In this document: positions 9,767 to 18,236 of the stretch, piece after piece
How positions within the stretch are numbered: position 1 is the stretch's first letter
Layout of the letters: every line of letters begins with the position of its first letter
Assembly (NCBI GenBank): GCA_031391655.1
Contig: JANMUO010000306.1
Span: 1 to 57,796, forward strand
Length of the DNA stretch: 57,796 nt
Reading direction: 5' to 3'
Source of the DNA: Betaproteobacteria bacterium
GTDB taxonomy: Bacteria; Pseudomonadota; Gammaproteobacteria; Burkholderiales; SG8-39
The notes under the pieces: model-generated
Databases searched by the model: none
Told to the model about the DNA's origin: nothing
What the model saw: only the letters and a program-made list of their open reading frames with translations
Program-made: the position numbers and the translations under genes

Positions 9767-12700
9767 GGGGCGGCGCCCCCCGCGCGCGCTCCGCCTCGCC
9801 CTTGATGTCGTCGGTGCTGCGCTTCTCGGTCAGGTGGCGGTCGGTGAACAGCTTGAAGAACAGTGGCACGAAGAAGATGGCGAGGAAGGTCGCCGCCAGC
9901 ATGCCGCCCATCACGCCCGTGCCCACCGAGTGGCGCGCGCCGGCACCTGCGCCGGAGGACAGCGCGAGTGGCAGCACGCCGAAGATGAAGGCGAGCGACG
10001 TCATGAGGATGGGCCGGAAGCGCAGCCGCGCGGCCTCCACCGCCGCGGCGGAGGCCGACAGGCCCTCGTGGTGCTTTAGCACCGCATACTCGACGATCAG
10101 GATCGCGTTCTTCGCGGCCAGGCCGAGCAGGGTCACCAGGCCGATCTGAAAGTAAACGTCGTTGGACAGGCGCGCGAGCCCGGCAATCGGCAGCAGGTTG
10201 TTGATCCAGATCGCCCCGAGTGCGCCGAAGGTGCCGAAGGGCAGCGCGAGCAGCACCGACAGCGGCAGCGAGAGCTTCTCGTACTGTGCCGCGAGGATGA
10301 AGAACACCATGATCACCGCGAGGCCGAGCGCGAGTCCCTCGGTGCCCGCCGAGCGCTTCTCCTGGAAGGACGCGCCGCCCCAGTCGTAGCTGAAGTCCGG
10401 TGGCAGCGTCTTGCGGGCGAGGTCCTCGACCGCCTGGATGGCCTGGCCGGAGGACACGCCCGGCGCGCCCTGGCCGAACAGCTTTACCGCCGGCAGGTTA
10501 TTGAAGCGGTCGAGCGAATCGGGTCCGGAGGAAAACTTGACGGTGGCCAGCGCGGCAAGCGGCACCATGCTGCCTTTCTCCGACCTCACCCAGACACGCC
10601 CGATGTCGTCCGGGCGCTTGCGGTAGCCGGGTTCGGCCGACATCAGCACCTGCCAGGTGCGGCCGTAGCGGTTGAAGTCGTTCACGTAGTAGGTGCCAAG
10701 CGTGGCCGACAGCGCGCCGTAGAGCTCCTCCAGCGACACGCCCAGCGCCTTGGCCTTCTCGCGGTCCACGTCCACGTACAGCTGGGGCACCTGCGCGCGC
10801 CACAGCGTCTGCACGCCACCGAGCTGCGGATTCGAGTTCGCCGCGCCGAGGAACTGCCCCAGCACTTCGCCGGTGCGCTGCGGGCCGCCCTCGCCGCGGT
10901 TCTGCAGGTACAGTTCGAAGCCGCCGGCAGTGCCCAGGCCGAAGATGGGCGGCGGGTTGAAGGCCAGCACCAGGGCCTCCTTGATGTGGCCGGTCTTCAT
11001 CCACAATTCGCCCACCAGCTGCGCCGCGGTCACCGTGCGCTCGTCCCAGTGCTTCTGCGTGACGAAGATCGTCGCGGCGTTGTTGCGGAAACCCCCGCCG
11101 AGGAAGTCGAACCCGGTGAAGGCCACCACGTCTTCGTTGTTCGGGTTGGACTTGATGATGCCGATGACTTCGTTGACCACCTTGTCGGTGCGCTCCAGCG
11201 TCGCGCCGTCGGGCAGGATCACCGCCGCGATGTAGAAGCCCTGGTCTTCGTCCGGCACCAGCGAACCCGGCGTGGTGCGCCAAAGCCCCACCACCACCAC
11301 CACCATGACTGCGAACAGCGCGAGCGAGATGCCGCCGCGGCGCACCATGCGCGCCACGCCGTTTTCGTAGCGGTCCGTAACGCGCGCGAACCAGCGATTG
11401 AACCAGCCGAAGAAGCCGCCGGGCGTGCGCGTGCCGGGCCGCAGCACCAGCACGCACAGCGCGGGCGTCAGGGTCAGCGCCACCACGCCCGAGATCACCA
11501 CCGCGATCGAGATCGTCACCGCGAACTGGCGGTACAGCTCGCCGGTCAGGCCGCCGAGGAAGGCGATCGGCACGAACACCGCGCACAGCGTCAGCACGAT
11601 CGCGATGATGGGGCTGGTGACCTCCGTCATCGCCTTGATCGCGGCATCGCGCGGCGAGCGGCCCTCTTCGTGCATGATGCGCTCGACGTTCTCCAGCACC
11701 ACGATGGCGTCGTCCACCACGATGCCGATCGCCAGCACCATGCCGAACAGCGTCAGGGTGTTGATGGAGTAGCCGAGCAGGTACAGGCCGGCGAAGGTGC
11801 CGATGAGCGACACCGGCACCGCGGCAAAAGGGATCAGCGTAGCGCGCCAGCTCTGCAGGAACAGGTAAACGACGAAGAACACCAGCAGCATCGCCTCGGC
11901 CAGCGTCTTCACCACTTCGCGGATCGACACTTCGACGAAACGCGTCGTGTCGTAGGGCACGGAATAGGTGAATCCCTGGGGGAAGCGCCCGGCGAGGCCG
12001 GCGACCGTCGCGCGCACGTTCCTGCCCACCTCGATCGCGTTGGCGCCAGGCTGCAGGAAGACACCGACCAGCGTCGCCGGCTTGCCGTTGATGCGGCCGA
12101 TGAAGTCGTAGTCCTTGGAGGCGAGCTCGACGCGCGCCACGTCGCGCAGGCGCAGCGCCGAACCGTCGGCGTTGGCGCGCACGATGATGTTCTCGAACTC
12201 GCGCGGCTCCGCGAGGCGACCGCGCGTGGTGACGGTGTACACCAGTTCCTGCGCGCCGCCGGAGGGCGACTGGCCCACCTTTCCGGCGGCGAACTGCGCG
12301 TTCTGCTCGTTGATCGCGCGGATGAGGTCGTTGGGCGTGAGCTTCAACTGGGTCAGCCGGTCGGGCTTCACCCAGATGCGCATGGCGTAGTCCTTGGCGC
12401 CGAAGATCTGCACGTTGGTGGTGCCCGGCACGCGCTTGAGATTGTCCAGCACGTTGAGCGTGACGTAGTTCGAGGTGTACACGTCGTCGTAGCGCCCGTC
12501 GGGCGAGTAGAACGCCAGTACCTGCAGGAAGGCGGAAGAGCCCTTCTCCACCGTCACGCCCTGGCGGCGCACTTCCAGCGGCAGGCGCGGCTCGGCCTGC
12601 TTGACGCGGTTGTTGACGTTGAGCGCCGCCTTGTCCACGTCGGCGCCGATGTCGAAAGTCACCTGGATCTGCACCACGCCGTTGGCGGACGAAGTGGAGG

Positions 12701-12938
12701 ACATGTAGATCATGTCTTCCACGCCGGTGATCTGGTTTTCCAGCGGCGCGGCCACCGTCTGCTCCAGCACCGTCGCCGAGGCGCCCGGATAGATGGCGCG
12801 CACCGTCACCACCGGCGGCGCGATCTCCGGGTACTGCGCGATCGGCAGCGTGCGCATCGAGGCCAGGCCGGCAATGACCAGGAACATCGAGAGCACTGCC
12901 GCGAAAATCGGGCGGTCAATGAAGAAGCGCGAGAACAT
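9759..12938 (-). CDS. RND multidrug efflux pump, inner membrane permease (HAE1, AcrB/MexB-like)
   Basis: 1059 aa with the N-terminus MFSRFFIDRPIFAAVLSMFLVIAGLASMRTLPIAQYPEI. Length and hydrophobic pattern are typical of AcrB-type pumps. Confidence 0.95.
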   Translation of the reverse strand: MFSRFFIDRPIFAAVLSMFLVIAGLASMRTLPIAQYPEIAPPVVTVRAIYPGASATVLEQTVAAPLENQITGVEDMIYMSSTSSANGVVQIQVTFDIGADVDKAALNVNNRVKQAEPRLPLEVRRQGVTVEKGSSAFLQVLAFYSPDGRYDDVYTSNYVTLNVLDNLKRVPGTTNVQIFGAKDYAMRIWVKPDRLTQLKLTPNDLIRAINEQNAQFAAGKVGQSPSGGAQELVYTVTTRGRLAEPREFENIIVRANADGSALRLRDVARVELASKDYDFIGRINGKPATLVGVFLQPGANAIEVGRNVRATVAGLAGRFPQGFTYSVPYDTTRFVEVSIREVVKTLAEAMLLVFFVVYLFLQSWRATLIPFAAVPVSLIGTFAGLYLLGYSINTLTLFGMVLAIGIVVDDAIVVLENVERIMHEEGRSPRDAAIKAMTEVTSPIIAIVLTLCAVFVPIAFLGGLTGELYRQFAVTISIAVVISGVVALTLTPALCVLVLRPGTRTPGGFFGWFNRWFARVTDRYENGVARMVRRGGISLALFAVMVVVVVGLWRTTPGSLVPDEDQGFYIAAVILPDGATLERTDKVVNEVIGIIKSNPNNEDVVAFTGFDFLGGGFRNNAATIFVTQKHWDERTVTAAQLVGELWMKTGHIKEALVLAFNPPPIFGLGTAGGFELYLQNRGEGGPQRTGEVLGQFLGAANSNPQLGGVQTLWRAQVPQLYVDVDREKAKALGVSLEELYGALSATLGTYYVNDFNRYGRTWQVLMSAEPGYRKRPDDIGRVWVRSEKGSMVPLAALATVKFSSGPDSLDRFNNLPAVKLFGQGAPGVSSGQAIQAVEDLARKTLPPDFSYDWGGASFQEKRSAGTEGLALGLAVIMVFFILAAQYEKLSLPLSVLLALPFGTFGALGAIWINNLLPIAGLARLSNDVYFQIGLVTLLGLAAKNAILIVEYAVLKHHEGLSASAAAVEAARLRFRPILMTSLAFIFGVLPLALSSGAGAGARHSVGTGVMGGMLAATFLAIFFVPLFFKLFTDRHLTEKRSTDDIKGEAERARGAPPHA

Positions 12939-12941
12939 GGC

Positions 12942-14117
12942 CTACTTCTTCGCCGCCTTGGCGTCGGGCGCGGCGGGCTTCTGCGCCGCCGGGTCGGCAA
13001 CCTTCACCGGCGCCCCGGGGCCGATGCGCATCACCCCGTCGATGATCACGCGCTCGCCGGTCTTCAGGCCGCCGGTGATGATCCAGTCGCTGCCCGCCCA
13101 TTCGCCGACTTCCACCGGGCGCGCCTGCGCGGTGCTCTTTTCATCCACCACGTACACGAACTTGCCCTGCGGTCCCTCGAGCACCGCGCGCTGCGGGATC
13201 AGCACGGCGTTCGGGCGCGTCGCCCCGGTGAGCGTCACGCGCACGAACTGCCCCGGGCGCAGGCGCCCTTCGGGGTTGGGCAGCTCCGCGCGCGCTTCGC
13301 TGGTGCCGGTGCTGCCGGAAATGCGGATGTCGGAAAACGCCAGCCTGCCGGTACGCGCGTACACGCTCCCGTCGGCGAGCCGCAGCACCACGTCGAAGCG
13401 CCCGTCCTTGGGCAGCAGCAGGTGCCCGGCGTCCGACTCGCGCTGCAGGCGCAGGCGCTCGTCGTCGGGAATGCCGAAATTGACCCAGATCGGGTCGACT
13501 TGCGTCACGGTGGTGAGCAGCACGTCGGGACCGGACACCAGCGAGCCTTCAGAGCGCTGCGAGCGGCTGGTGACGCCGCTCGCGGGAGAGTCGACGCGGG
13601 TGTACTCCAGGTTGAGACGCGCCTCGGTGAGCCGCGCGCGCGCCGCCTTCAGGTCGGACTCGCCGATGGTTTCGGCGGACGAGGCGTCGTCGTACTCCTT
13701 CTGGCTGATCGCGTTCTCGGTCAGCAGCGGCTTCAGGCGCCCCGCGTTGCGCTTGGCCTGCTCGAGCCGCGCCGCCGCGCCGGCGGCATCGGCCTCGGCG
13801 CGCGCGAGCGCGGCCTGGAACTGCTGCGGGTCGATGGTATAGAGCGATTGGCCCTGCTTCACCTGGCCGCCTTCGACGAAGTTGCGCTTCAGCAAGATGC
13901 CGGTGACGCGCGCGCGGACTTCGATCTCGCGCGAGCCCGCGGTCTGCCCGGTGTATTCGAAGGGCGCGAGCACGGCTTTCGGCTGCACCGTGATGATGCC
14001 GACTTCCGCGGGCGGCATGCCGCCCGGGGGTCCGCCGTGGCCTCCGCCGGAGGGGCCGCAGGCGGCGAGGAACGCGGAAGTCAGCAAAAGCAGTGTCAGT
14101 GTCAGTGTCAGGCGCAT
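12942..14117 (-). CDS. RND efflux periplasmic adaptor (membrane fusion protein, AcrA/MexA-like)
   Basis: 391 aa with a lipoprotein signal LLLLTSAFLAAC, followed by coiled-coil, lipoyl and beta-barrel type sequence. It lies 3 nt upstream of the pump gene. Confidence 0.9.
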   Translation of the reverse strand: MRLTLTLTLLLLTSAFLAACGPSGGGHGGPPGGMPPAEVGIITVQPKAVLAPFEYTGQTAGSREIEVRARVTGILLKRNFVEGGQVKQGQSLYTIDPQQFQAALARAEADAAGAAARLEQAKRNAGRLKPLLTENAISQKEYDDASSAETIGESDLKAARARLTEARLNLEYTRVDSPASGVTSRSQRSEGSLVSGPDVLLTTVTQVDPIWVNFGIPDDERLRLQRESDAGHLLLPKDGRFDVVLRLADGSVYARTGRLAFSDIRISGSTGTSEARAELPNPEGRLRPGQFVRVTLTGATRPNAVLIPQRAVLEGPQGKFVYVVDEKSTAQARPVEVGEWAGSDWIITGGLKTGERVIIDGVMRIGPGAPVKVADPAAQKPAAPDAKAAKK

Positions 14118-14206
14118 GGGGATTCGGATCTCAGCGAGGGCGCGATTCTAGCGTGCAGTGCAGCATGCAATGTATACGTAGCGTTACTTAGTGTTGCCCG
14201 GAATCT

Positions 14207-14623
14207 CTACAGATGCCGGGTCTCCGCCGGCGCGGACTCCAAATCGTCGTGCAGCATATCGAAATGCCGGACCGGCGCCTCGATGAGCTCCCGCGGATCG
14301 GCGTTGTCGAGGCAGTTCACCCTGACCGCGTAGAACTCGTTGCCCTTGCCGTCGCTGCCGCGCGAGAAAGGCCGCACGCCGCACTGCGCGCAGAACATGT
14401 GGTGGATCCTCTTCTTCGCGAATTGGTAGTCGCGCAGGCTCTGTTCGCCGGAATCCAGTCGGAATGCGTTTGCCGGGATGAACGCCATCCACGACCTCGA
14501 CTTGAAGCAGATCGAGCAGTTGCATCTGGCGGTTCCCTGGCCCAGGTCGATGTCGGCCGTGAACCGGACGGCACCGCAGTGGCAGCTGCCTTGGTAGGTG
14601 TTCCTCATTTCCTGGCCTTCCAC
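14207..14623 (-). CDS. GFA family protein (glutathione-dependent formaldehyde-activating / CENP-V fold)
   Basis: 138 aa with the Cys-rich zinc motifs CHCGAVRF, CNCSIC and CAQCG. Confidence 0.85.
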   Translation of the reverse strand: MEGQEMRNTYQGSCHCGAVRFTADIDLGQGTARCNCSICFKSRSWMAFIPANAFRLDSGEQSLRDYQFAKKRIHHMFCAQCGVRPFSRGSDGKGNEFYAVRVNCLDNADPRELIEAPVRHFDMLHDDLESAPAETRHL

Positions 14624-14647
14624 AGTCCCATCATGCGCGCCCCGGGA

Positions 14648-15025
14648 TCAGCCGTTGACGATGTTCAGAATGTTGCCGTCCGGATCCTTGAACCACGCAA
14701 TCTTCATGCCGCCGCCGACGTAGACGTCGTCCTGCTGGCGCATGTCCGGCATGTCGTAGTGCTCGAAGGCCACGCCCTTCGCCTTGAGCGCGCGTACCAC
14801 TCCTTCCACGTCGTCGCCCACCGCCCAGGTCACCGCCGTAGCCTGGTTGGTCCCGGCGTAACGCGAGCGGTAGACGTTGAGCGAGGAATTGCCGCTCCTG
14901 AACACCAGCAGTTCCTCGCCTTCGGCACCGACCTTTTTCAGGCCGAGCGTGCCTTCATAGAATTTCCTGGCAATTCCCAGGTCCTTGACTGCAATGTTGG
15001 CAACCGCGTCTACTTTTCCAAGCAT
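14648..15025 (-). CDS. VOC family protein (glyoxalase/bleomycin resistance fold)
   Basis: 125 aa. FYEGTLGLK and the C-terminal AWFKDPDGNILNIV are typical of the VOC beta-alpha-beta-beta-beta modules. Confidence 0.8.
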   Translation of the reverse strand: MLGKVDAVANIAVKDLGIARKFYEGTLGLKKVGAEGEELLVFRSGNSSLNVYRSRYAGTNQATAVTWAVGDDVEGVVRALKAKGVAFEHYDMPDMRQQDDVYVGGGMKIAWFKDPDGNILNIVNG

Positions 15026-15119
15026 GGTGATCTCCTTGAATTCAACCGCTGCTTGCCTTGTCTACGTGCGCGCTGCGGCATGGGCGGTCATTGCGGGGTG
15101 ATTTTCTGCTTCTTGATGG

Positions 15120-15530
15120 TCATGACTTCGGCTCCGCCAGAATCATCCACGACACGCCGAAACGATCGGCCACCATGCCGAAACTCGGCGAGAAAAAGGT
15201 CTGCGCGAGCGGCATTTGCACCTGCCCGCCCTCGCCCAGCGCGGCGAACAGGCGCTTTGCCTCGGACACGTCCTTCACCGACAGGGCGAGCGAGAAACCC
15301 TGGAAGCTCGGCTTGCCCGTGCTGTTGCCATCGGAAGCCATCACTAGCGTGTCGCCAACGCGAAAGGCGCAGTGCATCACCTTCTCCGCAGAGCCGGTCG
15401 GGTTCGCGGCGGGCTCGGGATTTTCCTTGAAGCGCATCAGCATCTCGACCTTCGCGCCGAGCTTGCCCTTGTAGAACTCGAGCGCCTCGTCGCAGCGGCC
15501 GTTGAAAAACAAATAGGGCTGGATATTCAT
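15120..15530 (-). CDS. VOC family protein, PhnB/YjdN-like
   Basis: 136 aa. MNIQPYLFFNGRCDEALEFYKGKLGA...VMHCAFRVGDTLVMASDG...FGMVADRFGVSWMI matches the PhnB-like family pattern. Confidence 0.85.
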   Translation of the reverse strand: MNIQPYLFFNGRCDEALEFYKGKLGAKVEMLMRFKENPEPAANPTGSAEKVMHCAFRVGDTLVMASDGNSTGKPSFQGFSLALSVKDVSEAKRLFAALGEGGQVQMPLAQTFFSPSFGMVADRFGVSWMILAEPKS

Positions 15531-15539
15531 GGCTGTCTC

Positions 15540-16069
15540 CTATTTCTTCTCGACGATGGACTTGATGCCGGCGAGCCCGGCCTCGAAATCCCCGCCGACC
15601 ATCTTGTCCATGTCGAACACCAGGCACATCGCCTTGGCAATGAAATTGTTCTGTCCGCGCATGCTCCAGGTAAGCGCCGTGCGGCCGCCTTCCTCCTTGA
15701 ACGAGAACTCGGCGGTGTTGGTCGCGGCGAAGGGCTTGAAGAACTCGAGCTTGAAGCGCACGAGCGCGTTCGGGCTGCTCTCCACGATGGTCATGCGCCC
15801 CTCGCCCACCTCCTTGTTGCCGACCCAGGCCATGGTCGCGCCCGTCCCCGCCGCGGGCCCGGCGTAGATGTTTTTCGCCTGCGGGTCCTTCTTCGCCCAG
15901 GGCGACCAGGCTTCCCATTTCTTCAGTTCGTTGACCTGCGCGAACACCGCAGGCGCGGGCACCGCGAGGTGGCCGAGCGAGAAACGCTGAACTCGGCCGG
16001 CTGCATGGCGACATACGCCGCCAGCACTCCGAGCACGACGATAACTCCGATCAGGATCTTGACCAGCAT
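15540..16069 (-). pseudogene. Membrane-anchored SRPBCC family protein, interrupted by a 1-nt frameshift (or sequencing error)
   Basis: The ATG at 16069 encodes MLVKILIGVIVVLGVLAAYVAMQPAEFSVSRSAT, a TM anchor, then stops at 15923. The body LAVPAPAVFAQVNELKKWEAWSPWAKKDP...GEGRMTIVES...MVGGDFEAGLAGIKSIVEKK continues in another frame to 15540. The frames join cleanly if one C is restored near 15961-15975. Confidence 0.7.
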
Positions 16070-16084
16070 GATTGCCTTCCTTTC

Positions 16085-16549
16085 CTATTGAATGGTATTG
16101 CTGCGCGTACGCAGGCGCTCGAGCGTTTCGCCCCAGCCCTGCTCCATGCCCTGCAGCATCTTCGCGGCCTCCGGCCCGGCGCCCGCCGCGGTCGCGTGCA
16201 GCGTGAGCTTGGTCTTGCCGCCTTCGGCGGCGAGGGACACCGTGATGGTTTCCTCCAGCCGCTGCACGCCCTTCGCGTCGTCGGCGGTGCAGTAGATCAC
16301 CAGGCGCTCGGGAGCGGCGACCTCCTTGTAACTTCCACGCACCCAGTAGTCCACGCCCTCCGGCGAGCGCATGCACAGCCGGAACACGCCCCCCGGTCGC
16401 GCATCCGCCTCGCAGGAATGGATGGTGAAGCCGCGCGGGCCGAACCAGTGCGCCAGGTGCTCGGCGCTCGTCCAGGCCGCGAACACGAGTTCACGCGGCG
16501 CATCGAGCAGGCGCACCGCGTTGACGGTATGGGAGCTCGCAACGCTCAT
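16085..16549 (-). CDS. SRPBCC superfamily protein (AHSA1/START-like)
   Basis: 154 aa starting at MSVASSHTVNAVRLLDAPRELVFAAWTSAEHLAHWFGPRGF. ATGA overlap with the upstream stop. Confidence 0.85.
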   Translation of the reverse strand: MSVASSHTVNAVRLLDAPRELVFAAWTSAEHLAHWFGPRGFTIHSCEADARPGGVFRLCMRSPEGVDYWVRGSYKEVAAPERLVIYCTADDAKGVQRLEETITVSLAAEGGKTKLTLHATAAGAGPEAAKMLQGMEQGWGETLERLRTRSNTIQ

Positions 16550-17034
16550 CGCGCGAGGTAGGCGGCGAACTGCTCGAAGGTCCCGCTCCAGCCCATCTTC
16601 ATGCTGTCGCGGCCGTCCTCGAAGGTCTTGCGCTCCAGCGCGGTCGAGGAATCGACGGGGGTCCATTCCACCGTGATCTTGGTCTTGCCGCCCTGCTCCT
16701 CGAACGTCACCTTGGTGAACATCTCGCGCGGCCAATCCGGGCTCATCGGGTGGAAGGTAGTGCCCCCATCCTTGTCCGAGAACGAATTGATCCACACGAG
16801 GCGCTCCGGCTTCACGATCTCGCGGTAGACGAATTTGCCCCACAATTCGCCGCCGTCGGGCATGCGCAGGCAGTAGTGCATGGTGCCGCCGGGCCGCAGG
16901 TCCACCTTGCAGTGGGTCACTGCAAACCCCTTCGGTCCCCACCACTGCTTGAGGCGTTCCACCTCGGTCCAGGCCTGCCAGACCTTGTCGCGCGGGGCGT
17001 CGACCACGCGCGAGATGACGAACGGCGCGGTCAC
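16546..17034 (-). CDS. SRPBCC superfamily protein (AHSA1/START-like)
   Basis: 162 aa from a GTG at 17034 (GTGA overlap with the DUF1428 stop). The N-terminus reads VTAPFVISRVVDAPRDKVWQAWTEVERLKQWWGPKGF. Confidence 0.8.
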   Translation of the reverse strand: MTAPFVISRVVDAPRDKVWQAWTEVERLKQWWGPKGFAVTHCKVDLRPGGTMHYCLRMPDGGELWGKFVYREIVKPERLVWINSFSDKDGGTTFHPMSPDWPREMFTKVTFEEQGGKTKITVEWTPVDSSTALERKTFEDGRDSMKMGWSGTFEQFAAYLAR

Positions 17035-17390
17035 ACGTCCACCATCACCTTGAACCCGCCCCACATCATGCGGCGCCCGTCGAAGGGCAGCTTCTTCGGG
17101 TCCATCATGCCGGCGAGGCGCTTGTCCTTCATCGCCTTCTTGAGCACGCTGTCGCGGTGCTTGCGCGACTTGTAGAGGATCCAGGAGAACCACACCGCCT
17201 CGCCGGGCTTGAGCTTCACTGCCTGCGGGAACGAGGTCCACTTGCCCGGCTTCACGTCGTCGGCGACGCACTCCTTGTAGTCGAGCGCGCCGTGCTCGCG
17301 CCACACCTTGCCCGCGAGGCGCGCCATGCGCCGGTAGGCGTCGAGGTTCTTCTTCGGTACCGGCAGCAGGAAACCATCCACATAGCTCAT
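17031..17390 (-). CDS. DUF1428 family protein
   Basis: 119 aa. MSYVDGFLLPVPKKNLDAYRRMARLAGKVWREHGALDYKEC...VWFSWILYKSRKHRD is the characteristic DUF1428 sequence. Confidence 0.85.
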   Translation of the reverse strand: MSYVDGFLLPVPKKNLDAYRRMARLAGKVWREHGALDYKECVADDVKPGKWTSFPQAVKLKPGEAVWFSWILYKSRKHRDSVLKKAMKDKRLAGMMDPKKLPFDGRRMMWGGFKVMVDV

Positions 17391-17393
17391 GAT

Positions 17394-17849
17394 TCAATCC
17401 TCCAGTAGGAACTGCTCAAGTTTGCCCAGGGACTCCGTCCAGCCGCGCCGGTGCCCATCGCGCACCGACTCGTCGAACAACTGCTGATGCAGGAATGCAA
17501 GCTCCGTGCCGGTGCCCGCAGGCCGGAACGTCAGGCTCACCAGCGACTCGCGCTCCGGCGTGGTCCGCGGCCAGGTCCAGGTGAACACGAGCTTGCGGTT
17601 CGGCACCACTTCCCGGTAGACGCCCCGCACCTCGTGGTCGTCCCCCTGCGGCCCGCCGAAAACGATGCGAAAGCGCCCACCGACGCGCACGTCGAGCTCG
17701 GCCACCGATACCGGGGCGGTGCCGCCCGGCCCCCACCAGCGCTTCAGCGCTTCCGGGTCAGTCCACGCGCGCCAGACTTTTTCGGGCGCGACGGGGTAGC
17801 TGCGCGTGAGTGAGAGCGAGGGCTTCTCGGCGAGCCTGGCTTGGTCCAT
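17394..17849 (-). CDS. SRPBCC superfamily protein (AHSA1/START-like)
   Basis: 151 aa containing LTRSYPVAPEKVWRAWTDPEALKRWWGPGG. It ends 3 nt before the DUF1428 start. Confidence 0.85.
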   Translation of the reverse strand: MDQARLAEKPSLSLTRSYPVAPEKVWRAWTDPEALKRWWGPGGTAPVSVAELDVRVGGRFRIVFGGPQGDDHEVRGVYREVVPNRKLVFTWTWPRTTPERESLVSLTFRPAGTGTELAFLHQQLFDESVRDGHRRGWTESLGKLEQFLLED

Positions 17850-18187
17850 GTCTGCAGTTCCTCTTGCTGGTACAGATAGCGGGCGAGCGAATCGAGTTTC
17901 TCGGTCCAGAACTTCTCGTAGCGCGACATCCAGGCGGCGGCGGCCTTCATCGGCGCGGCGGACAGTTCGCAGCTCACCACCCGCCCCTCCTTGTTGCGCG
18001 CAATGAGCCCGGCCGCCTCGAGCACCCGCAGGTGCTTCATGAACCCGGTGAGCGACATGCCGTGCGGCGCGGCGAGCTCCGACACGGCGACGCTGCCCTG
18101 CCCGAGGGCGTCGAGCACGCCGCGGCGCGTCGGGTCCGAGAGCGCGCTGAACACGCGGTCGAGGGCGCCGTCTTGATACTGAACCAT
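17744..18187 (-). CDS. ArsR/SmtB family transcriptional regulator
   Basis: 147 aa with a winged-helix core FSALSDPTRRGVLDALGQGSVAVSELAAPHGMSLTGFMKHLRVLEAAGLI. A basic low-complexity tail overlaps the next gene by 106 nt. Confidence 0.85.
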   Translation of the reverse strand: MVQYQDGALDRVFSALSDPTRRGVLDALGQGSVAVSELAAPHGMSLTGFMKHLRVLEAAGLIARNKEGRVVSCELSAAPMKAAAAWMSRYEKFWTEKLDSLARYLYQQEELQTWTKPGSPRSPRSHSRAATPSRPKKSGARGLTRKR

Positions 18188-18236
18188 GCGGTTAAGTATC
18201 AGGCAGGCGCCCCGGTCGTGTCAAGATGCCGTCCGC

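Noticed and set aside
10986-14333. 1115-aa plus-strand ORF
   Set aside because: It is entirely antisense to the RND pump and adaptor genes, which have unmistakable family sequence. The translation is Arg/His/Asp/Gly-rich nonsense.
18186-18236. The longer start (18186) for the hypothetical protein at 18237..18890
   Set aside because: It would overlap the divergent arsR start codon (18187) and leave no promoter space. The extra 17 residues (MRLSIRQAPRSCQDAVR) look non-coding. The ATG at 18237 gives a basic N-terminus, MAARRKTARR.
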